Below, piece by piece: positions 1 to 9,486 of a DNA stretch of 25,775 bases. Below the pieces are notes generated by a model. It was not told where the DNA came from. It did not search any database and saw only the letters and a program-made list of their open reading frames with translations. Both the position numbers and the translations under genes were made by a program. How positions within the stretch are numbered: position 1 is the first letter of the stretch; each line of letters opens with the position of its first letter. This stretch comes from Promethearchaeota archaeon (GTDB taxonomy: Archaea; Asgardarchaeota; Lokiarchaeia; Sigyniarchaeales; SOKP01). The stretch lies in contig JAHLWP010000046.1 of assembly GCA_019057865.1 (NCBI GenBank), positions 1 to 25,775 of the forward strand, read 5' to 3'.

Positions 1-1
1 T

Positions 2-799
2 TTCTCTTTCGATGTTTATTCCACAAAAGATTGTACGTATTGCGCCAATTAGTTCATTCCCTCCTAAAAGAGAGAATTTTGTATGATGAAAATTTGAACT
101 AAGATGAGATTTGAATACCTTAGAGATATTTTGTATGGTTTGAACTAGATTGTTTATCGTTCTTTTAGTTATGATTCCCCTTTTCTGTTCAAAAACACTG
201 AAATAAATAGATGTCTCATTGTTAATACTGTTAGTAAAGTCATGTTTTTGATAAAATATTGGCGTTTGGACTACTTGATATGAATATTTAATATTTGCGT
301 TATATAATGCTTTCAGAAAGTGATTTAAAGTAGGGTGGACATTCTCTGGTAATATTTTAACCTCAAATATTCGAGTAGAAAGGATCAATGAATTTTTCTT
401 ATTAATTATTAAAAGAGTTTCAAGATCAGATTCTAAAGTCAAAAAAATTAAATCTTTATGTGGATCTGTTCTATTTAACCCTTGAATTCTCATGAAAAGA
501 TTATTGAAAAATTTAAAAACATTTTCATAAAATAATAACATTAATAGTAAAGCTAACGCAAAAACTATGTAATTAATTTGTGGAGAAATTGTTATAATAA
601 AAAACAATATAGTAAAGATTAAAATCGCCACAAACATAATCTTGTATTTTATTTGCTTTGGATTAATGTCCCTATGGAAAGGATTAACTGTCCATATATC
701 CAAATAACTGCTAGAATCTTCTTCCTCATCTGAGAGGTTTTCCTTACTTTTCTTATCAAATTTCTTATCTTTCAAATAATCACGATATTTTACACTCAT
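2..799 (-). CDS. Membrane protein, partial (runs off left edge): two adjacent TM helices followed by a soluble alpha/beta region
   Basis: Not in the ORF track. Manual translation from ATG at 799 is open to the window edge (MSVKYRDYLKDKK...IMFVAILIFTILFFIITIS-PQ-INYIVFALALLLMLLFY...FEVKILPENVHPTLNHFLKALY...YSYQVVQ...LLGGNELIGAIRTIF). Confidence 0.75.
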   Translation of the reverse strand, partial: MSVKYRDYLKDKKFDKKSKENLSDEEEDSSSYLDIWTVNPFHRDINPKQIKYKIMFVAILIFTILFFIITISPQINYIVFALALLLMLLFYENVFKFFNNLFMRIQGLNRTDPHKDLIFLTLESDLETLLIINKKNSLILSTRIFEVKILPENVHPTLNHFLKALYNANIKYSYQVVQTPIFYQKHDFTNSINNETSIYFSVFEQKRGIITKRTINNLVQTIQNISKVFKSHLSSNFHHTKFSLLGGNELIGAIRTIFCGINIERE

Positions 800-971
800 T
801 TTAAACAACTCTTTTTTACTTTTAATTCAATTAATTTGTTTATATTTAAATGAAAAAATCTAATATTTTATACTAAAACCTTTATTTAATCATCGCTGAA
901 CCTCATTTATACCTACTTTTATAAGATCTTCTAAAAATCATTATTCTTAATTTATATTTTATTGCTTTCCG

Positions 972-2000
972 TCAAAAATTTCTTCTTGATTTTTTTATTT
1001 TTAATAGTTGCTTGCGAATAGCCATAATATATCCTAATACTTCACTGTTATTAGGTAGCTCTTTCAAGGCTCTTTTGTATGCTATTAAGGCAAGTTCTTT
1101 ATACTTAATTTTATCCCAATAACTCCCTAAAGAATCGAAGATCTCACCAATTCGAGACCAATTATTTAATAATTCATATAAAAGGTTAACTCCTTTTTTA
1201 TAATTAATAAAAAAATGATTTTTTCTCCAAATACGGAATTGTTTGATAGGAAAAACCTTATAAGCAGCCAATAATAATTCCCAGCATTCAGGATCATTAT
1301 AAAACTGGAATATAACATATAAAAACTGTGAATTATATTTTGAATTTAAATAAATGTTATCGATGAAAATAAAATCTTTAAGATCTTCCAAATTGATCTC
1401 TCTCTGATAAAAAGTCAGTTCATTTAAATATTCCTCGGCAATTATTTCAATCTCTTCTTCATTCAAATACTTTAAATATCCAACTGCTATCAGATATTTA
1501 CCAGCAAAGGATCTATCCAATAATCTTTTTGCAATTTCTTCCTTGAATACTTTTTTAGCAATAGGGTCTCCTACTTTAGTTAGTCCTTCTAATAATGGAA
1601 AAGATAAACTACTATGGAGAAGCCTTGTATCATAATTATTTTCTGCCCATGCTTGAAGATTTGAGCAATGTGCCCAGAATTCTGTTTCAGGGTCAATATT
1701 AAATTCATAAATAGGGTATTGTTCTAAAGATCGATCTAATCTCTCTGTTGCCTCATCAATAGATTTAATATCGTCAAAAGAACTAATATTAGCAACTGGG
1801 ATATTTAACATTAAAAATTTGCATTGTCGAAATCTTTTCTTGTTTATATAGATATATGTACGATCAAAAAGCTTACAAACAGTAATGAACTCATTTATTT
1901 CAAATGTTTTTATCTTCGGGTCGATTCGAGCAATGTGATTGCCAAAATTGTTTTTAAAACACTCTTTTATTTTTCGGTCATTGCGATTCATTTTAATCAA
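972..2000 (-). CDS. Lokiarchaeal conserved-domain protein (N-terminal domain usually seen on Loki LRR proteins) with a C-terminal TPR-like helix pair
   Basis: Motif PETEFWAHCSNLQAWAENNYDTRLLHSSLSFPLL...VGDPIAKKVFKEEIAKR, recalled from expanded Lokiarchaeia families. The C-terminal LGSYW...ELALIAYKRALKELPNNSEV has a TPR pattern. Confidence 0.7.
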   Translation of the reverse strand: MIKMNRNDRKIKECFKNNFGNHIARIDPKIKTFEINEFITVCKLFDRTYIYINKKRFRQCKFLMLNIPVANISSFDDIKSIDEATERLDRSLEQYPIYEFNIDPETEFWAHCSNLQAWAENNYDTRLLHSSLSFPLLEGLTKVGDPIAKKVFKEEIAKRLLDRSFAGKYLIAVGYLKYLNEEEIEIIAEEYLNELTFYQREINLEDLKDFIFIDNIYLNSKYNSQFLYVIFQFYNDPECWELLLAAYKVFPIKQFRIWRKNHFFINYKKGVNLLYELLNNWSRIGEIFDSLGSYWDKIKYKELALIAYKRALKELPNNSEVLGYIMAIRKQLLKIKKSRRNF

Positions 2001-2536
2001 TATAAAATAATCTCTTTATATTTAAACAAAAAAATGTAAATCACCAATTATCATCTTTATCATTTTTCATTTATAAAGAAAAAAATCCGCTTGAATGAAA
2101 ATTTTTTCTTTAAATAATACTATTTGTTATGTAAATTTACTAATTCGCTTGTATTTTTTATCTATTATATCTTAGGTAATATAACATTATAAATATTACT
2201 GTTAGAACGAAATAAGATAATATAATTTTTTCAATATCCTATATAAAGGAAAAATTTTAACACGATAATTTAGATCTCATATTTAAAGAAAAAATCTTCT
2301 AATCATTTTCTAATTTTAGGATAAAGATCTTTTTCCTTTTTTAAACTCATATCTTCAATACTATAAAATTAAGTAGATTAACTTTTATTGTAATATCTGA
2401 GTATATATCTCACTAACCTTAAAGATTTAACTATAGATGAGGATAATTTTAACAAAAAATTACTAGTTCAAATTAAAAAAGAAAAAATTCGTGTAGTAAA
2501 GTGTCTTTTCTGTAATAAATTATGCGAAAATCTTCG

Positions 2537-3058
2537 TTAATATTTCTTCCAATTACATTTATCACAAAAAATATCACTTTGTATAAGTTTAGAACCGCAT
2601 CTCGGGCAATTTGGATATTTAAAGAGATATTTTTCAACATTTTGAAGTCTAGAAGCAATTTTATTTGTCCAATGATGAACTGGTTTTTCTGGACCTGTAA
2701 TTATCATATTATTACTTGTAGTTTGGTCATGAATTATTCCATAAGAATCCACATTAAATTCAAAAGGTTCATGTTCCATTCTTGCATCTCTATATAATTC
2801 TATACCTCCAACCCGAAATCCACTATAATTAGGATCATAATTTCTGAGAGGATAAGGAGGTCCCTTATATCCACTTGCATAAACTTCACATTTCTTATTT
2901 TTAGTAAGACCTGTTAAAAACTTAGGAATTGCATCTTTTTCTAACTTAATTGGAACGCAACTAGGGGTCATAAAAGTTTTAAATTCATCTCGAGAAATTA
3001 TTTTTGGACGTTTTTTTTTTATTCTTTTCATAAAATAATAAAATTTCAATACTTTCAA
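2537..3058 (-). CDS. Hypothetical protein with C-terminal zinc ribbon
   Basis: C-terminal CPRCG-x9-CDKC (CPRCGSKLIQSDIFCDKCNW). The real start may be the ATG at 3031. Confidence 0.7.
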   Translation of the reverse strand: MKVLKFYYFMKRIKKKRPKIISRDEFKTFMTPSCVPIKLEKDAIPKFLTGLTKNKKCEVYASGYKGPPYPLRNYDPNYSGFRVGGIELYRDARMEHEPFEFNVDSYGIIHDQTTSNNMIITGPEKPVHHWTNKIASRLQNVEKYLFKYPNCPRCGSKLIQSDIFCDKCNWKKY

Positions 3059-3076
3059 AAAATTCTTTACAATTTA

Positions 3077-3229
3077 TATGCTGTAACTGAAATCCCCTTA
3101 GCCAAAATTATCGCAGGGTTCAATCCTGAGAATATGGGTGAGCACTTTGACCAAAAAGTCGTAGATACGGGATTTGATACCTTACAGAAAATTAAAAAAG
3201 GAATAACAACATATCAATCACTTTTTTGA
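3077..3229 (+). pseudogene. Possible C-terminal gene relic, no clear start
   Basis: GC-richer patch in AT-rich DNA that reads YAVTEIPLAKIIAGFNPENMGEHFDQKVVDTGFDTLQKIKKGITTYQSLF-stop. Confidence 0.3.
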
Positions 3230-3328
3230 GTACATCATTTATAAAACAATAGCAACCTTCAATCAAAAAAATATCTCAATTGATATCATTTTTACTGACT
3301 GCAAAACCACTACTTTGTAATTCTCCAA

Positions 3329-3514
3329 CTAAATGATATTTCCAAGCTCCTCTGTTATCATAAGGTATATAAGCAATTCCCAGTAAATCGGTCGGCATTT
3401 CAAACTCTTCGTGATTTTAATTCTGCTATTAATATAATCATTAATTTCCTTGACAAGAAGGTGATTTTCGAGACTTTTAAAATTATCCCATAAATCAATA
3501 ATGATTTCTATCAT
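3329..3514 (-). CDS. Small hypothetical protein or gene fragment
   Basis: 61-aa ATG ORF on the same strand as its neighbours; no motif. Confidence 0.3.
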   Translation of the reverse strand: MIEIIIDLWDNFKSLENHLLVKEINDYINSRIKITKSLKCRPIYWELLIYLMITEELGNII

Positions 3515-4163
3515 TTTTTAACCATTTCTAATTTATTTTTCTTCTAGCTCCTTTAGATTTTTGTTAGCGGTTCAGTATCAACTATTATTTTTGAACTTTT
3601 ATTTACCATGTGCAATTACAAATTGCTATTTTTTTTCAAGGATATGAATAATCCAATATTAAAAATCTTGAAATCTGTTATAAGATTTGTTGAAAAATAT
3701 AAAATAATATACCAAATAAATATATTTAAGATATTTAATTCTTCTTTCTTTAGGTAAAGTCATAATATATTCAAAATTTTCCAAAACCTAAAGATGTCTT
3801 GAATAAAAATTATTTATATAAAATAAGATATTTTATTATAAACTATTTTAAATTATTTCAATAAGTTATATTATCACTTTTTATTACTCTTTAGAAATTA
3901 GTCTTGGTGAGGATTAATTCCGAATTGGACACTTTTAATAGATCTCAAAGTTATTTTTATTTTTAAAACACTTTTTATTGCGATTGACATCAGAAATCAC
4001 ATTATACTATAATTTATTTAGATTGCAAGTATTATTTAATATTTTTAACTTTAAACTCTCATATTAATCAAATTACTTTTTTTAAATAATAATGATGATT
4101 TATTATTATAAAATAAGCCCCTGAAAGAAATAAGACAATATATAATTGGGTTATTAATTCTAT

Positions 4164-4373
4164 TTATTTAAAAAGTTTGAAGAAAAAATACCAAAAAATT
4201 AAATCATCTAAATTGAGGGAAGGATTATTAACAATATCCTTCGCTGGTTCTTCTAATAAAGGATTCTGGCATGTTTTAAAAAATACATTGTTATTTCTGA
4301 TATAAGGTTTAACTGGAGGATTACATCCCTTTAAAATTCCTTTTATGATTAATTTTTTAATTACTTCACTCAT
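4164..4373 (-). CDS. Small hypothetical protein, possibly truncated
   Basis: 69-aa ATG ORF with AT-rich promoter-like DNA upstream; no motif. Confidence 0.4.
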   Translation of the reverse strand: MSEVIKKLIIKGILKGCNPPVKPYIRNNNVFFKTCQNPLLEEPAKDIVNNPSLNLDDLIFWYFFFKLFK

Positions 4374-4508
4374 TTTTATCTATTTTGATGATTGTTTTTT
4401 ATTTTTTACTAAAAAATATACTACCTTCTTTAAATATTTAAATTTAGCGATATTAAAGAATTAGAAAAATTAAAGTTTTCAATAAAATGAATTACATAAT
4501 TAAATTTT

Positions 4509-4817
4509 TCATATTAACAACATCGATGAGCTATTTCTCAGCATTGGAATTTTTAAACGTTCATCATATAATCTTTCAAATAAGGATGCAAGAAATTCTT
4601 GTTTTCCAAATTTTAAAAAATGATCAACAAAATATTTTATATTAGTTTCCTTATCTTCTAGTAATTTCATCCAAGCGTGAATTTTATATCGACTAAGAAT
4701 ACTTAAATAATAGCTCAATAAGTAGATATTAAATAATTTTGATTGAATTGGAATATCTGATTTTGTTACTCCAAAATCTTTTTGAAATTGGGATTTTACT
4801 CTACTATATTCTTTCAC
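4509..4817 (-). pseudogene. YaaC-family protein, C-terminal fragment
   Basis: IYLLSYYLSILSRYKIHAWMKLL...YFVDHFL matches the YaaC C-terminal pattern (Y-L-L-x-Y-x-L-S-x-L-x-R-Y-x4-W-xx-L-L). It is only 102 aa, so the N-terminal part is missing. Confidence 0.6.
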
Positions 4818-4854
4818 CCAAAAATAATTCTTTAGTATATCTAATAAACTAAAG

Positions 4855-5758
4855 TTATAAAACTTTAAGAACCTCTAAAAAAGAATCCAATTCTGCTTTA
4901 GTAAAAAGCAGAGTATTATATAATTTTTCTATTTCCTTTCTTCGAGCGAGAGCTATTATATATCTTTCACCTACAACATAATCACAATATGGAAGGGGAA
5001 AACAAAAACTATAGATATCTTGTAGATCATGAGAGGTTATTGGATGGTCGGGGATTTCATCCAATCCTAGATGGGGTAAGTAGTATGTATATAATAATGG
5101 TAAATCTTGAAGAACTTCCATAATCCGTCCCATCCCTTCACTAAGTCTAAGTATAATAGGAGAAATTCCTTTCGTTAGACAGATTAAAGCTACTTTTTCA
5201 GTTATCATATTCGTAAGAAACTGGGCGATGCCTAACTTTTTTTTATATATTTTATCTTTGAGTTTAAGACCTTCTTTTCTAATCTTTTCTAATTCTTTTA
5301 TGGTCTCTTCTAAAATACTTTCTTGGTATCCATCTTTCATTAGAAAAAATTCTACAAACGCCTTTTTACTCTTAAGATGGTTAAACAGTGCATTATCAGC
5401 TTGCTTTTTAATACTCTCAGGGATTTTTTTCTTTATAGTGACTTTAGGAGGATTTCCGTCACTAATTAGATATGATATCCCCTTACCTATTGCTCTCTCT
5501 AATATCAATTAGGTCTTCCCCCAATTCTTTTCTAATAATATTATCTACTTCAAAATACTGAATATAAGGAAAGGGAATGAAAGCATACATCTTTGATGGA
5601 GAAAATACGAATTCTGCAAATTGTTTGACACGAGTATCATCGGCAACCTTTCTTGCTTCAACGACATTTGTGAGATTAATAACTATTATCAATTTATCTT
5701 CTTTGGTAAGTCGTTGTAATTCAGCTAATATATCTGTGCTTATTTCTTCTCTAAAACT
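4855..5758 (-). pseudogene. Frameshifted PIN-like domain protein
   Basis: The upstream frame (SFREE...LIIVINLTNVVEARK...DLIDIRE) joins the downstream frame (RAIGKGISYL...SHDLQDIYSFCFPLPYCDYVVGERY) across an (AG)4 tract at 5493-5500. The DxxD...PYCDxxxxE tail is typical of a PIN-like family. The 5' end is also broken by a stop at 5759-5761. Confidence 0.6.
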
Positions 5759-5836
5759 TCAAGGGTACTTAAGACCGCTAGAGGTTCTTAAATATTTTAT
5801 CTAAAAATGAGGTGTTCTTTTCTGAAGTCCTTCTAA

Positions 5837-6364
5837 TTAATGGTTTCGGCAATGATAATAGTAACAATCTTCGCCTGGAATTATAATATTTAGAATTTGC
5901 CTTATTACATTTATCCCAATATTTATTTCCATTAAAGACCAGTAATCTATTTGACAAGCAAATCCTATTTTAGATATGAATCTTGAATCAAAGAGTTTAA
6001 ATTCAAACTCTTCTACGGATACTAAAGTTGTTATTTCCTCATTTCTATAAGTTAATTTACTCCTCCATTCAATTCTAATATGTTTTAATTCTTTTTTGAA
6101 TTGCCCAAGAAAGTGAACACCAAGAGAAAGATAATCTGTAAGATTTCCCGTATCTAATAACACATATGTTAAAGGTATTTTTCCAAAGCGATGACCTCTA
6201 ATTTCCAAATGTGTAGGTGTTTTAAAACTTTCATTAGTAGAGGTTTTAAAACTCTTCCATTCATTTTTTACTCTTATTTTCAGATGCTTTATATTAAATT
6301 TGAGTTTATCTGTAGATTTTAATACCCTTGAAAGGTTTTTTATATCTTCAATATTAAGAGTCAT
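5837..6364 (-). CDS. Retropepsin-like (clan AA) aspartic protease
   Basis: Catalytic motif VLLDTG, plus downstream INIGINVI matching the hydrophobic-hydrophobic-Gly psi-loop motif. Confidence 0.65.
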   Translation of the reverse strand: MTLNIEDIKNLSRVLKSTDKLKFNIKHLKIRVKNEWKSFKTSTNESFKTPTHLEIRGHRFGKIPLTYVLLDTGNLTDYLSLGVHFLGQFKKELKHIRIEWRSKLTYRNEEITTLVSVEEFEFKLFDSRFISKIGFACQIDYWSLMEINIGINVIRQILNIIIPGEDCYYYHCRNH

Positions 6365-6379
6365 TTTTATAAAATATTA

Positions 6380-7015
6380 TTATTCAAAAAAGATTAAATC
6401 ATCTTTTAATAATTTTCCTTCTTGTATTCTTTTTTCTAATTTATCATAAATAGCTTTTTCATCCTTTGCATGTGCTAATAATTCGAAACCATCTTCAATT
6501 TCTTTGTATACAATTAGATCGTTGTTATACTCTAATTTTTGCTTACGAATCCAATTCATTCTATTTGTAAAATCATTATCATCTTTAAATTTAGTATTAA
6601 TATCATCTAAAATAATACAGTTAGCTAATTTATTTTCTAGAGTTCCTATTCTTCTCTTCATTTCATATTCCAAATTTTCAAGATAATCTCTTTGTTCTTT
6701 TATCTGTTTTATGAATTTATTTCTCTCCTTATCATATTGAGTAACTGTTTTTTTCAGTGTAAATAATTCTTCTTGCAGTTCTCTTGTATTAACGTGATTA
6801 GCAAATGGTTGATTTATAAAGATTTGATTAAATATTTGATTCATTGAAATTCCATAATGTATTTGACCATTCAAATATTCATTTAATACCGCTTTTAATT
6901 GGTTAAAGTCTTTCAATTTCTCTTCTTTTCTTTCCAATTCCTCAGTCAAATCAGATACCATTTGGCATCCTGCACAACCTCTGGTTTTTAAAGAACTGAT
7001 ATTTTGAAGATCCAT
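6380..7015 (-). CDS. Coiled-coil protein with a C-terminal DUF5678-like domain
   Basis: N-terminal CAGC and heptad-rich middle. The C-terminal YNNDLIVY...ELLAHAKDEKAIYDKL resembles DUF5678, which typically precedes archaeal retropepsin genes; the next gene is 15 nt downstream. Confidence 0.5.
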   Translation of the reverse strand: MDLQNISSLKTRGCAGCQMVSDLTEELERKEEKLKDFNQLKAVLNEYLNGQIHYGISMNQIFNQIFINQPFANHVNTRELQEELFTLKKTVTQYDKERNKFIKQIKEQRDYLENLEYEMKRRIGTLENKLANCIILDDINTKFKDDNDFTNRMNWIRKQKLEYNNDLIVYKEIEDGFELLAHAKDEKAIYDKLEKRIQEGKLLKDDLIFFE

Positions 7016-7016
7016 C

Positions 7017-7820
7017 TTAATCCTCTACTATAAACAATTTTAATACATTATTAATTAAATCTAAATTATCCCTTAAATTTGATATTGTTTTATTTGTAAA
7101 TTTAATCTTAAAATTTAATCCTTTATAGTTTTTCCTTTCAATGAATTCAATCTCTTCTATTCCTAATGAAGATTTTTGAACTTCAAATTCTATTGATGTT
7201 AAATATAATTCTCCAATTTCGTCAGTAAATTCTTTATTAAGGTCAATTTTTCTCCTAAATCTGAAGTTTTTATCTTGTAACATATTAATGTCATTGGATA
7301 TTCTCAAAAAACTACACATAATTGCATTAAAATTACTATCATTAGAATCATCTATCTTTTTAAGAATTTCTCTAAAATTGGATTGATTAAAATATTCATA
7401 GAGATTTGTTAGTTCTGCATTTTCTATTAAGGTACACTCATACTTCATAGAACATTTTGGTGTTTTGAACTTATCTTCAATTTCTTTTGGTATTTCTTTA
7501 TAATATTTTATTCGATTATTTATCTTTTCTAGTTCTTTTTCACTATTTATATTAACTTTTTGACTTTCTAATTCAGTTATAATTTCTTGGTTTCTCTTTT
7601 TTATGCCATCTAAACTTCTAACATTGATATCAATGTCAAATCCAATAGGAGGTAAAAGTTCTTTCTTATGAAAAGAAAACATATCCTTTTCAATTTTTTC
7701 GGTTTTATCAACAAATTCTTTTTTTTTTATAAATTCCACGATATTCTGGTGAAATTTTTCAGAGTTTTCTAATTCAAATTCTGTACATAGGCAAATTCGA
7801 GATCTTTTCTTTATTTCCAT
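7017..7820 (-). CDS. Hypothetical protein, first gene of a 3-gene unit
   Basis: 267-aa ATG ORF; its stop lies 1 nt before the next ATG. Confidence 0.75.
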   Translation of the reverse strand: MEIKKRSRICLCTEFELENSEKFHQNIVEFIKKKEFVDKTEKIEKDMFSFHKKELLPPIGFDIDINVRSLDGIKKRNQEIITELESQKVNINSEKELEKINNRIKYYKEIPKEIEDKFKTPKCSMKYECTLIENAELTNLYEYFNQSNFREILKKIDDSNDSNFNAIMCSFLRISNDINMLQDKNFRFRRKIDLNKEFTDEIGELYLTSIEFEVQKSSLGIEEIEFIERKNYKGLNFKIKFTNKTISNLRDNLDLINNVLKLFIVED

Positions 7821-8271
7821 TTTTGCATTCTTTTTTTCTATGGTATATTGTCTATATAATTTTTTATCCTAATAATAAATATCTCCATTTTTTAAATATT
7901 ATGTTAAAAATGAAAAATAATTTCAGTAAATAAGGATTAGAAAATAAATATCAAGTTATATGATGATTTATTGGTATATTCTGCAAGCTTAGAAACATTG
8001 GTTTAAATAATATTTTATTTATTCTTACCCAGCGATCAATCCATTCACCAATGGTCTCCTGGAGATTGGGTGGTGGGTGTAATGGAAGATATAAAGCAAC
8101 TCAGTCCAGAATTTATTTAGTTTTAAAAATTTAATGAATGTATTATAATTCATTAATAAATATTGAATGTATAAATATTCATGTGTTTAATAAAACAAGC
8201 AGATTAATACAATATCATTGCTTGTCTTCAATTCATTTGGAAAGAATAATAGTTAAAAAATCAATCAATTG

Positions 8272-8651
8272 TCATTTTTCTTGATGTGTAATTTTCTCTT
8301 TCCATTTCTTTGCAAGTAATTGAATTACCGTGCAATATATGTAGTGATTTTCGTCTAAACATTCAAATCCCCCCGAACTGCCATCGGGTTTCATACATTT
8401 TACGATTCGTGTTTGTGGTTCGCAATGTTTAATCTTCTCCTCGATGGTTTCTGCCTTATTGAACGCATCAAAATCTGTAACCGTATTGAAAAATATTTCT
8501 CTGCCATCACCTTGATATCTTTCGCAATTCTCGAAATCTTTGCATAACAATATTCATATCCACAAACGGGACACTTTTCTTCTTTCTCATTTATGATATT
8601 TTTGGCTTCTTTAATTTCATCTTCTTCATTCATTTCTTCTATATCTTTCAT
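8272..8651 (-). pseudogene. Cys-rich (metal-binding) small protein split by a 1-nt frameshift near 8551-8555
   Basis: ORF 8400-8651 gives MKDIEE...KCPVCGYE and ORF 8272-8550 continues LLCKDFENC...C...C...C...H..C. Adding one A in GAATATTG fuses them as CPVCGYEILLCKDFENC. Confidence 0.5.
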
Positions 8652-8704
8652 AAAAATTACTTATTCATTAATTCATTTATAAATATTTTTAATTGAGTGT
8701 GGAA

Positions 8705-8772
8705 ATAAAAAGTTCCCTTTGAAAATTAGTTGCAGTAAAAGGTTCCTTAAGAGGTTGTAAAATGTTCCTTAA
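8705..8772 (+). repeat. Three direct repeats of RTAAAAnGTTCCYTWW
   Basis: ataaaaagttcccttt (8705), gtaaaaggttccttaa (8735), gtaaaatgttccttaa (8757); spacings 30 and 22 bp; preceded by TGT at 8698. Confidence 0.7.
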
Positions 8773-8814
8773 CTAATAATCTAAAATTTAATAGGTTTTT
8801 TCATTCCTATACTT

Positions 8815-8897
8815 AAATATGACTATATTTTACCCAAGATATAACTATGTTTTAACCACAATATGACTATATTTTAGCCAAAATATGACTATATTTT
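8815..8897 (+). repeat. Four tandem 22-bp repeats with an internal palindrome (AAAATAT-GACT-ATATTTT)
   Basis: aaatatgactatattttaccca / agatataactatgttttaacca / caatatgactatattttagcca / aaatatgactatatttt, starting at 8815, 8837, 8859 and 8881. Confidence 0.9.
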
Positions 8898-8963
8898 CTT
8901 ATATTTATTGTAATATTTCATAAGTTATCTTCTAGGAATCAAACTCAAAAAAATTTAGCACAG

Positions 8964-9281
8964 GTGGGCTTCCTTGAACCAGTAGAATATGAACAATCTA
9001 AACATATCTCTCATGAGAAACCACTTCCAGAAAGAAGTAAAGTATTAGATTTAGGTAAAGATGCATTTCAAGAGGGGGATAAAAAAGGAATTATTGGAGA
9101 ATTTGATATTTGTTATCTTGAAGGCAATAGAAAGAAAACAGGGATGTGTTATCAAACATTTTTTAATTCTGAAGCAGTAAGAATGATTGAACTATATTTA
9201 AAAGAAAGAGAAAACTTGAATAAAGATTCTTGGTTATTTGTCAATATTAAAGCAAATAAAAATGGCAAATATACCAAATGA
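8964..9281 (+). pseudogene. Tyrosine recombinase/integrase internal fragment
   Basis: ICYLEGNRKKTGMCYQTFFNSEAVRMIELYLKER...DSWLFV matches the catalytic-Lys hairpin, helix and LF patch of tyrosine integrases. The box I Arg and the HxxR/Tyr motifs are absent. Confidence 0.7.
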
Positions 9282-9486
9282 ATATAAAAATGTTATTTTA
9301 AAACTTATATAGCTTTTCAATAGTGATATTGAGGGTTTTAATTAACTAATTCAAGCTGCTTATCTTCTTCATGCAACCATGTCTTATATTGCATCTGTTG
9401 CTAAATTTAGAAATTTTTGTTGAGAGTAATTATTAGCGAGGAATATTGTGTTCAGAGTTCTCAAAATCACCAATATTAGATATTTA

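Noticed and set aside
3114-3128. tRNA T-arm-like hairpin cagg-gttcaat-cctg (possible att/tRNA remnant)
   Set aside because: Only a 4-bp stem, with no acceptor, D or anticodon arms; it is better explained as part of a coding relic.
1824-6686. Short ORFs 1824-2039, 2473-2658, 2522-2797, 5228-5512, 5577-5804 and 6504-6686
   Set aside because: They overlap better-supported genes in antisense or alternate frames and have no independent support.
8815-8897. CRISPR array
   Set aside because: Repeats are head-to-tail with no unique spacers, and there are no cas genes nearby.
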